Assembly: GCA_021613535.1 (NCBI GenBank)
Contig: CP075495.1
Coordinates: forward strand, 5,704,001 to 5,768,000
DNA length: 64,000 nt
Direction: 5' to 3'
From: Adineta vaga
Lineage: Eukaryota > Animalia > Rotifera
Shown here: piece by piece, positions 40,383 to 52,129 of the stretch
Layout of the letters: each line of letters opens with the position of its first letter
Position numbering within the stretch: position 1 is the first letter of the stretch
The notes under the pieces: model-generated
Seen by the model: only the letters and a program-made list of their open reading frames with translations
Database searches by the model: none
What the model was told of the DNA's origin: nothing
Position numbers and translations under genes: made by a program

Positions 40383-43300
40383 TTATTCAGGTCGGAATCG
40401 TTTCTGAAAATGAAAATAATGATAGATCAGATGAATCATTTGAATTATTGTACATACTGATTTGTTTGTTTCATCGCATCGCTTAGAAAATTCAATTTCA
40501 AAATATTGAAATAATTTTTCGAGATTATCTTCTGATAAATTCTGATTGAAAGATTTACGTTTGATATCGAATATAGAATTTATCAATTCATCTTTTGAAG
40601 ACAAGATTCCATTCTGAAGAAAAAACATAGAAAATTTCACTAAAGTGTTCATCGAAAAAATTGAAATATTTACAGTAAGATTCATTTGAATAAGATTGAA
40701 TTCTGCTGATAAATTTTGTTGACAATCGTCATCAAGTGAATGAAACATATCTTGAGCAAGTATATCATGAAGAAGACTAAATATATTCCAATTTATAGTT
40801 ATAATTCATCATATGAAGGATTACCTATCCGCAATGATTATCCAGCTATCATCTTGACTAGATCGCTTCTTTAATTCTGCATCTATGATAATGAAAACAG
40901 TATAGCAATTCGAAATATCATAATAATACTGTAATTCATACCAGTTGCTGTTACTATTTCCATTTGATTTTGTTCTTTCGTATTGTTATGATCAACATAT
41001 TGAATAGATTTATCTTCTATAATTAGTTTTGGCGTTGAATGTAATGGTGAAGTTGAGGGTGAAACATTAGGTGTTGTTATTGTTTTAATTGAATTGAACT
41101 CGTTGTTATCATTTCGTGAGATAGGAATACTATTTGAAGATGATGTTGTTGTATCATTAGGTTGTTCTTGTGAAGATAATGAAAGCATGTTCGAAGGAAT
41201 ATCATCGGAAAGTGTTGATGATAGACTTGTTTGTTGAACAAGACATGTTGGTGTTGATGATGTTTGTTGACGATAATCAGAAGATGAATTACTATTTGAT
41301 ATATCACTATTGAGAATTAAAGACGTATTATTGTTTGCTGATGTGAGTGATCGTTGTTGTTGTTGTTGCAAATCATTAGACGTATCATTTAGATCGGTTG
41401 CACTTGGTCGTGGCATAATAGCACGTTCCTAAATATAAAATTTTTTATAGATTGATAGAATTCGAGTTTATGACGATTTAGAGAAGTATCATTGAAAAAT
41501 AAATCAAAAACAAATCCTACTTTATTTCTTTTCTTTGTTGTTTTAAAGCAAGCTAATACAGAAACAGATCCACTAGCTGTTGAAGTATTATGTGTTGGCT
41601 TAGGTTCATAACACATATTACTAGTTGTAGCTACTGATATTGCTTTAGGTTCAGTTTTAATAGATTTATTTAGAACAGTCGTCGAAGTTGGAGCTGTTGT
41701 TGCACGTACTCGAAAAACAGGTACATCTAAAATAGAACTTTGATAGAACAATGAGAATTAAATAAGAAATATACTTGGATTGACAGATGTCATCCGATAG
41801 ATCATCGGTCCATGGGTTGAAGGTGGTCGTTGGATTTGTTGAGGTTGCTGTTGTTGAAAATTAACTGCAACAGATTTAATCATCTCATCATTAGTTGGAC
41901 TTGTTCTTGTTGTAGTAATATTGAGCATCGATGATGGTTGTTGTTGCTGTTGAACAGTTAATGAAGAATTAGCATTGTCCGCAATTGATGCTGAATAAAG
42001 ACAATGAAATATTTAATGAATTCAGTATGTAAGAATAAAAAAAGAAATTTATCACAGAGATATCCAATGGATCTTTTTTTCTTTTCCTATATGTATTCTT
42101 GAAGAGTCATGGTTCAATGTGATAGCGATCGAATATTAGAAATTGATTTTCTATATTGTTATCTATGCAACGAATTGTCGGCGAATTTTCTCTCATAAGA
42201 CTAACCATGATCATGATTATTGCTACTGCTAGATATATAAACAGATAGAACTTTAGTGATCGGTCGTAAAATTTTGCCCACAGGTTTATCAATCGATGTA
42301 CTACTTGACGAACGCTGACGTAGTTTTCCTGTAGTTGAATCAGCATGATTATGAATAATTGAATTCGAAGAACTCATATTATCTAGTGTACCTAATGACG
42401 TTTGTTGTTGGAGATCGGATGTCGTTGTTAACAAAGATGGCGATGATGTTGGCGATGTTGTTACTGTAACTTCTTGTGCTGCTTGAGGAATTTGATCAAC
42501 TGTACATGTTGTTAATGTTACTGGTACAGTAGTAACCGGACGAAATGTTGTTGGTGTTGTTGGAAGAGATTTATTTAAATCATCGTTATGTGTTCGAGTT
42601 AATTGTATAGTTGATGGTGATTGTGATGGAATTACAATTTGAACATTTTTCGGTAATGTTAATGTTGATGTTTGAGCAGTATTGATTGGTAAGGTTGTTG
42701 ATCGTGTTGTTAAAGTATTAGTATTATTAATATTATTATTTGTTGAAGTAAATTTAACTAATTTGACTGGACTTTGTTGTTGTATGACTGAAGTCGTTGA
42801 TGTTGGAATAGGTGTTGTTGAATGTGGTAAATGTTGTGTAATATTGGATGGTGAAACAAGAATAATTTTTGTATTTCCAATTTGAATGTTTGTTGTCGGT
42901 TTTGGTACAACTGTTTGAAAATTGAGTATTCGTGGTGCAACAAATAATGTTGGTGTTGTTGTACCTTGAAGTGTTGATATAGGAGCGGAAGTTGCTGGTT
43001 GAATAATCAATTGTGAATGATGAATTTGCTGTTGTTGTTGTTGTTGTTGTTGAAATGAAGATGATTGTAATTTCATAGGGGATGTTTGTTGCATTGAATA
43101 TCGTAAATCATTATTCGTTGAAGAAAGCAATGTATGATCATTTTGATAATAGTCCGATTTAGACATAGTACCTTGCGGTTTGATTGTTGATGTATTCTGA
43201 GAATAGATCGAGAATTTTATATGAAAATAGACTAGAAATACAATACTTACATATACAGTAGTCATATTTGTTGAAACTTTTGATTCAGCTACATTTCCAT

Positions 43301-44582
43301 TGTTTGGAATAGTAGTGAGCATATTCACGACATATGGTGCAGTATTTAAACTTGTTATAGCTACCAGTTTATCCACTGTATCACGAACGATTTCTTCGAT
43401 ATTTTCTGGACCTGTCGATATGTCTTCTAGATCATGATTATCCATAAAGCCATGATCATCTTCATCATTGTTAAATGATTGATTTCGTTGTTGTAATGAA
43501 AATGATCTTTTCGTATGATTAAAATTCATTGTTCCACGTTTACGTGTTATTTTAAATGAATGATTCGATTGTGATGTTAAAGAAGCAGGATGTGATGATG
43601 GTAAAACAGATGATATTAATGAACGATGGGGATTACTATTCGATTGTAATATTCGATTTTGTAATTTTGACGAAGAAAATGAACGCATGTGTGAAGGAGG
43701 TGAGGATGATGGTGAAATGGAATTTGTTTGTCCATTAACACGAAGTAATTCTTTCTGTACAACTTCAATTAATGTATCTAAACTTGTTTTACGTTTTGTT
43801 GCTTGTTTAGCACGAACAAGGCGAACAACTTTTGAACCTGAAGATAAAACTGACAGATATTATCTTCTTTCACGAAAAAGTTTATTTACCATTGATATCT
43901 ATATTATTAAAATTTGGTTTTATGTTTGGATTCATATGTGTTTGATGTTGCTGTTGTGTTGCATTGATAATTCCATCCTGTCGTTTTTCATCATTAACCA
44001 ATTGTTTTAAATCATGATCTAGATATACGAAATGAATATATCGAATACCAAGTGTAAAGATCATACTTAGTTTTGCTTTAGTTAAAGATGGTTGATGTTG
44101 AATAATAGAACTCGGTGGTGTTATTTGTAAAACATGTTCAGCTAATTGAACATATTTCGTATTTGGATTTCGATGAACAATTGTTGGACAATTATAATCA
44201 GCTTCTATTTCCCAATTGGCTGTATCCGATGATGAATTTAAACTAGAATACATATAAGAAGGTTTTAGAAGAGAATAACATATGTACGTAGGTATAACAA
44301 ACCCGGTAGCTATTGCAGATAACTGTTCATCGTAAAGTGCACGTTTTATTTCTGCCGTATGTCGTTCTCGACTAATACCAAGTGTATTTTGAAGTACAGG
44401 TAAAATATTCAATTGATCTTCTGTCAGATCTCCTTGAGCACGAAATGCAGATATAATTTGAGAATACGAATTTACACCTATAAAACCGAAGACAAAGTTT
44501 TCAAAGTGTTATTGCTCTGAACAATCTTACCCATATTTTTAATCGTAGCCGTTGAACGGCGTTGTAAAGTTTCATGCTCCAT
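40383..44582 (-). CDS. EMSY: EMSY-like protein: N-terminal ENT domain plus long T/S/Q/P-rich region, multi-exon
   Basis: YSQIISAFRAQGDLTEDQLNILPVLQNTLGISRERHTAEIKRALYDEQLSAIA matches the ENT domain; the remainder is low complexity and exon boundaries are approximate. Confidence 0.8.
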
Positions 44583-45267
44583 ATCTGCATGCCTGCAATG
44601 ATAGCATAGAAATACGAAATATTGTTGTGAAAAAACGTTAGTTGTCTTACTTTACTTAAAAGAATAAATTAATGTAGCAGTAAACTCGTCTACGATTTTT
44701 CGAATTAAAACAGACAAACAAATAAATAATCTAGCAAAGTAAGATTGTTTGAACGTATGTATGTATATATTAATAAAGAATATGTGCAATTTTGTATCAA
44801 TTATATACGATGTATTTCTTCTCGTTCATCCTATTCGTCGACATTACTGTCATTGTGATGGAGCTCTGAATGAAGGAGTTGAGTAGAACCTCAATGGAGA
44901 ATAAGAAATGTAAGTTGTTTTTATAATTTTATCATTAAAAAGTTCTGATAAGAATTTTTATTTTAATAATCATGCTTTTATCAAGAAATGTCAAGGTTTA
45001 CTCCAGAATTTTATTCCAAATTATCAATCATAGAGGTCGCTCGCGATTGATATTCCACCACTGTATAACAAAATTATTAAATATATATATATATATATCT
45101 CCTCTTTCAATCAATACTATTAAGCAATTTTTAATAAATTTCTCTGCAGATCATGCATCAATATGTAATCGCTATTTCGGAGTTGTTTTTTCTTCTATTT
45201 TTTTATTAGAAAGATGAAAGACATAATATAAAACGCTAGTTTATAATTCTTAATGTGTCTGTCAAAA

Positions 45268-47175
45268 TCATTGTAACCATTTTCCAATCGTATCACTAAT
45301 TGTTTGACGAGCTTGTTTTAATTCTAATGGATCCCATTCTGCATCAGGATACATATCAGCACAATGAGCTGTTTCTAATATGAAAATGATAATTTGTAAG
45401 AAAACAAATCGAAACTATTCTATCTATATGCACATACTTGACAAGAATATTGCAGTATTATTATTTGGTGGATCTTTTGTAAAACTTAATGCATGCCATG
45501 GATCAATAGCTCCATTAACAAATAAAACTCTTGAACCAGAGAATCCTTCAGCACCATAGAATGCATTTGTAAATTTGATACCACGTTCAAGAAGGTTATC
45601 ATCAAATTTCGATCCAAATATATCTGCACATTGTTGAATAAAAAATCTAAATAATACAAATGGACACTTTTCTTTGCTCTGCTTCGATGGGATAGAATAT
45701 TTTCTTACGAAGCAGGAAAATTATTTCCAAATGGTTGTTGAGCATCATTTGATGATTGAAAAAAGCCGAATTCAACACATGTTTGATATGTCCATTGACG
45801 ACCACCTTCGGATGATGGTGCACTCCATGATGTATTTCGTAATTGATTTAGCATACTCATATAACCAGCATCAAGACAAGGTTGACTATACGCTTTTAAT
45901 AGCATATTATTCACATTAACCATACGTTGAAGAATATTTGGTTGACTATCGTCAAGCATTGTTTTACATACAACATCAATAGTGATATCAGTTGCACGTG
46001 CGCCCTACATTTATTTGTGTGAAAGAAAATTTCTTAATTATTTAGAATAAATGAAAGAAATTACTTCAAATGCTCGATTATCTTTATTATATTGAACGAC
46101 ACCTTCGAAATTACCGGTAACAGTTTCAAAGAAATTATCCACATCATTTTGAGTATCAATAGGATCACAAAGACTAATGTTAGAAATGAAACCATTAAGA
46201 ATTAAAATTAGTGCTTTTTTTGTATTTTACCTGAAATTTGTTTGTAAAGTTTTACGGCCTACATCTGATTTGATCATATCTTGCATTAATTTAAATGTAC
46301 TACTAATGACTTCATTGCATTTTTCATCATAAGTAGCAAGTGAATTACGTACAACAACCAAATATTCTATTTATAAAAACAAACAAATAAAATTTATATG
46401 TGTAGAATCAAGACGAACCACTGAAGTCGGTTAATGCAGTCATTGGACTACTAGCTGAAATAGCACCGTAAACAAGATGTGGATATTTCAAACGAAACCA
46501 TGCAGATAAAGAACCTTGAATAATTCGAAAAAGTAAGTTTGCTTTTTAAAATAATTAAAAGTTTCGTGACCAACCTGGATAAGATCCACCAAATGAAATC
46601 CATTTGGTTTGTTCAGAAATTCCATATTTTCCATTGAAAAATTCTCGAAATGTTGCTAAATCAGCAAGTGCTTGTTCACTTGTTAAATAACTCAGATTTT
46701 CTATACTAAGATCTCTATAAAATTAAAAAAGATCATTATAATCTAAATGAAATTATCTATAATGATTTTACTCGGTTGGATGACTTTTGCCATAAAAACG
46801 ATGTTCAAGCATAACACATATTGCACCATGTGTTTTCGCATAGTTAATCCATTGTCCTTCTGTCATCCAGATAGGATCAGCTGGACCTTCACCACCAATT
46901 TGAATGAAAACAGGACCACCCTGTTTCCAATGATCACTATTGACAAAAAAGCGTTGTTGCCATGTTCGTATATCAGCTGGATTAAAATGATCAAGTTGTT
47001 GTGTATACCATAATTCATCACTTGGTGATTTATATCGATGTATGGAATGTTTGAAACGTTGTCTTGGAGAGCCGACCATACCACCACGAGGTCTTCCTCG
47101 ATGAAAAAATGGAAGACCATCGATTAATAATGGTAAAAGAATAATTCCAACGAGCAACAATTGTAGTGTATACAT
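45268..47175 (-). CDS. Secreted serine peptidase family S28 (PRSS16/K12H4.7-like)
   Basis: Signal peptide; [37 protein letters not shown] (catalytic Ser), [23 protein letters not shown] (Asp), AHCADMY (His). Confidence 0.95.
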
Positions 47176-47437
47176 ATTTATTAAATGAAGAAGAACACAG
47201 AACTCTTATCTGAAATAGTATATTTATATATGTAATGACTAGAAGATTCTTTTGTTGATTTTAAAACGATGACAATGCTAAAATATTGCTTGAAATGATA
47301 AACGATACTTCGTCAGGTAAAACCAGCAAAATGCACCATATATCATAAGTGAATGAGATAATATTAGATGACCTATCTTTTGATTGAAAGAATAATGAGG
47401 TGTGTTTCTAAAATCTTTATTCATGATATTTTATGTA

Positions 47438-47805
47438 TTACACAAAATCACTCATACGTCGTAATTCTCTTAGATCAAAACGATGTTTATCTCGTCGAGC
47501 TCGACGTATAATAATCATAGCTGGAACAATAAATGTTACAAAAAATAATAAAGTACCAAGTGAAACACTAATAAAACACACAATTAATTGTTGATTTGTC
47601 CATGTTGATAATGAATCGTTGTCAGAAGTGGATATTCAACAACAGTTGTTAAATTTGTTTTATCACCAATAATCAACACTTCTATGTAAAAGAAGAAGAA
47701 GAAGTAAAACAAAATTGAATGATTAAGTTTACCTTGTGAATGAACAGTAAAATCTAATAAATATTTGATCATAAGAAAAGAAATAACCAATTGAGAATTC
47801 CACAT
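47438..47805 (-). CDS. Small type-I membrane protein (~105 aa) interrupted by an apparent 1-nt deletion at ~47636 (assembly error or young pseudogene)
   Basis: Exon 47805-47733, GT-AG intron, exon 47681-47438; restoring one A yields signal-like N-terminus, S/T-rich stalk, TM LIVCFISVSLGTLLFFVTFIVPAMIII and basic tail RRARRDK. Confidence 0.6.
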
Positions 47806-48503
47806 ATGAATGTGATTTCTTATCCAACAATAAAACTAACAGTTGTCAATATGTTTAGCTCATCGACATTTGATTGACATATCCAAGCACATAAATAAAT
47901 TCCCTTGATTATTTTCTTCTCGCCTTGTAATATACACAAATTACCCAACGATTAGTAGTTTCTAATGTTCATTGAAGTAATAATGTAAATGAACCATATT
48001 CTACTTCTGACAAGTAACAGTCGGTAAATGTCAACGACATTAGAATCAATACATAATATCTTTCCATACGAAGATAGATGATATAGAAATAATACAAGAG
48101 ATAAAATAAGTGTCGATAGAAAGATAGATCTCAGTTTAAGTGTAAAATATTCGATGTCTAGAGAAATAGATATGTATAAAAGAAACCTTGGTCTGAAAAT
48201 AAAAGTATTGTTTTATATATGAATCAATTGACTTGTGAAATGTTTATCTAACATTCGATAAATCAATTCTTATCTGAGAATAACTTGATGAGAGATAATG
48301 TCCTTAATCTTTTGTTGACTCTATATGAATTCAAATTCTAATGTCATTCAAAGTAAAGTCATTTTCATATTTATTAATAATCAAAAACTTTCGTTTTGTT
48401 TTGTTATTTATGTTTCTATACAACAAATAGATAGTATCTGACATAGAGAGAGAGAAAAAAATAAAGACAATAAGAAATGAATTTGATTGAAGAGAAAAAC
48501 AAA

Positions 48504-51500
48504 GTTAAATTGAAGCATGTTTACAATTTAAATAAGCAAAAAGATTCTTTTTATCTGATTTAGTAGTATCTTTTTTTGTTTTATCAAATAAATGAAATTG
48601 ATTTTGAATTTGCCGTGTTAAACTAGCAAATGAATGATCATTACTATTTTCATCATCATCATCATTACTTGCTAAATTATTACCAGTTAAAAATGTATCT
48701 TCTGAAAAATAACATTAAAGATAAAACTATCGGTTTTGACGATTGAAGAAGAAATTTCGATTTACCCAAAGAACTTTGAGTAACAACATCCCAGGAATAG
48801 TATTCTTTATAAAATGGTTGTTGAATCCAATCGTGTCGTTCAATTTCTTGCATAGTTAAACGATGATAGGGTTGACGAATAAGTGTTGATGTAAATAAAT
48901 CATAGAGTTCGTCGGAAATACGTGATTGAAGAAATTTTCTATCTAAGTGGCAATGTTTGATTTCATCAGGATTTAAAAATGGATATCGACGAAAAATGAT
49001 TACATATAAAGTAACTATCATCGCCCATATATCAGCTACAAATGGTTGACAACTAATATTAAAAGAACGATAGTTTTTTAGTTTTCTAAAAGATTTAGAA
49101 TATTGTCAGACCTTCCAGTTTGAAAAAATTCTGGACAACAAAATTCAGTTGTACCACCAAAATTACTTGTATACATATCTGCTTGTGTTATAGATATTGC
49201 TGAACCGAAATCTATTAATTTTATATGAAATTGTTCATTGATGATTAAATTTTCATCTTTAATATCTTGATGAGCAATGTGATTACGATGTAGATAACTA
49301 ACCGCATCGACTACCTAAAAAAGTTAGGAATGCATATAAAATCACATCATTTAATATCAAACATCGTTACCTGTCGGAATATATAACTCGCTAATGATTC
49401 ATCAATTTTGGCACCTTTTTCAATAAATTCATACAAATCAATACCTCGACCATGTAATGGCATAATCATCTGAACATAATTATCCGTATCAAATGCATCT
49501 AGAATCTAAACAAAAATGAAGTAGATTGTATACATGATGCAATAGTGGCATGTGTCATTGTATGTCTTACTTCAACAACATTTGGATGTTTCAATTGTTT
49601 AAGTACTGCAACTTCGAATAAAATACGTTGTTTTGGTTCACAACTTTCCACATACCGATGGAGTTTAACTTTTGTTTTTTTAATAAATTTAATTACAACT
49701 TTCTTTGATTGATCTGCTTTTTCATATCCTAAATAAACTTGTCCATAACCACCTCGACCTCTTTGTCGAGTAATAACATATTTCGAATCAAATGTTTGAT
49801 AATCATTTCCAGGTAATGATGCATTCAAACATGATGTGGATAAATCATCAATTGGTATAATTGATTGATTATGATCAAGTAATTTTTGCATTTCAATTAA
49901 ATGTGGATCAGTATTATCACGTGATAACCACATACAATATCGATATGTACCATCGGATAAATCAAGACGACGTAAAGTATATGTAATACCAATAAATGTT
50001 CCATTTTTATGTTTACCAATAGTTTGTAAGAAAACTAAATACAAAAAACGAAAAGTTTTATTGAAAGTCAGAAAAAAAAGAAGAGTCAACCAACTTGTTT
50101 GTTCGTCTGAATCGATTTTTAATTCAGATTTTATCGTTGATTTTGCTACTGGTGTTGATGTTGTTTTGAATGATGGCATTGCAGCAGTATTCAAACGTTT
50201 ATCAATAGGAAATAGATTCGATTGAACTTTTTCATTTATAATTTTATTTTCAACCGAATTCAAAATTCGAGATGATTGAGGTGTTGTATCAATGGATGAA
50301 TCATTGAGTGTATTCGATGAACCATCACTTATACTTGGTTCATCATCACCAACTAACGACTGACAAGAGAGATTTTCTTCATCATGCTCATTATTTGTAC
50401 TAATTGAAAGACTCGTCGATTGTGTGCCATTTAATTCATTGAATTCAGGTATTATTTCTGTAATATGCTAAATGAAACAATAAACATTAATCAGTATAAT
50501 TGCAAAGAAATTGCTGTTTACTTACATGATTAATTAAATCAAGTGAACGATAACCAAGTAAACATTGAATAAAATAAGGATTATATGCTCGAATTGTATA
50601 TGTTTCATCTAACATAATCAATCCGCTAATATTTGACATAATTGATAGATTTAATTCCAGATTATCTTCAGTTGTTTTCGATACAGTTACCATCAGTGGT
50701 ATCGACAGATTTCTTTCACTGTTTAATAAGCCCGTTGTTCGATATGTTCTATGTGTTAATAATTGTTTAAATTTTAACTTATCTTTTAATGTAGGAATAA
50801 AATCTCCGATATGACGAGTTTCATTCGTTTGTTGATGATGATCAATCATAGTATTATGAAATAAAATTGAAAAATGATGATCCGATGAAAGAATTGAACC
50901 TTGTTTATCACAAGTAATCTTGGCTTGCATGGTATGAATAGGTTCGAATGCATAGAAACGTAAAGGATTTTGATCACTATCGAGATCTTGAATGAATAAT
51001 GAAAATCGAGCACGTTCTCCAGTACCAAGAAGAACATGAACAATTTTTCCGGCAAGAATTTTTGTTTGTCCACTTTGTTGACTAAGAAATGAATCTGTAA
51101 TAACTGATGAAGACTTTTCATCGATAATTAAATTTTCAATCGTTTTAGTTTTCAATTCATTTTCTGTATACCAAAAATATTCACAAGCTTGACGATTCAC
51201 ACTGATGATCGATGATGTTAAACGATTAACAATGAGAAAGGCACGAAATGGATTCAAACGATTGTTAGGTAATGATGATAATTGCGATTGTGATTGAGAT
51301 TGGGAAGGAAAACGAGGGGAAATAAATGGTTTAGGCGAATAACATAAACGATCAAGATGTTCTGTTGTCATTTGTTGACATGAAACCGTTGGTGGTTGAT
51401 ATGTTATGGAATGGAAGGCATTATCTGTTAATAAAAAAAAGTAAAATATTCTATTGATAGACGATAGAAGTAGAAAACTAGAGTATCTAATTTGGAAAGA

Positions 51501-51875
51501 TAAAGGATGTTGAAATTTATAAATTGGAATATGATCTACTTAGACTTAATTTGTATTTGATTTCATTGAAATACCATACTGATGAATCATCAGCATCTTT
51601 CTACCTGGTCGTTTCTATAAGGTAGAATCAGCTGACGTACTCAAGAATAATAATACAACAAATTAGAAATGAATGGCACAATCTTCGTCAATTATAAATC
51701 CGAACGATTTATAGAATAAATAAGATTTCTTACCAAACAAGAACTGTTGTTCAAAATTGAAACCAGTTGATTTTGTATTACTCGATGGAGTATGAAACGT
51801 CTGATGTAATTCGCCATCTTCATTAGATGATACACCAGGAAATGTTTGATTCAATGTATCACCGTATGTTGCCAT
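48504..51875 (-). CDS. PASK: PAS domain-containing serine/threonine kinase
   Basis: PAS region (LNPFRAFLIVN...NRQACEYFWY; ISGLIMLDE), GKHKNGTF and YCMWLSRD motifs, kinase GRGGYGQV, VVIKFIKK, GIDLYEFI, HQDIKDENL, IDFGSA. Confidence 0.92.
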
Positions 51876-52129
51876 TTGATGACGAACTACTTTTCGAATT
51901 GAAAACAACAGATATGAAATAGAAAGACAATTTTATTTATTCTTTGTATACTATTCCATCATGTACCATTTGGATAAAACATTGCTATTGATTGATACAG
52001 AATGAACCAATATATTTATACTGACTTTTAATTGGTTTTTTATAGTTCGCTTTTATTTCGTTATACTTGCTTTTAAAGATCAATGAATAATTTAATAAAC
52101 TTTATTTTATTTTTTATTTTGGAAGATAT

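Noticed and set aside
47584-47640. Stop-codon readthrough or selenocysteine (TGT TGT TGA) in the small membrane gene
   Set aside because: That frame has further stops upstream; a single missing A explains the data more simply
51575-51620. Possible cassette exon in PASK intron 1
   Set aside because: Candidate AG/GT pairs give frame-breaking lengths, and the flanking exons already join in frame
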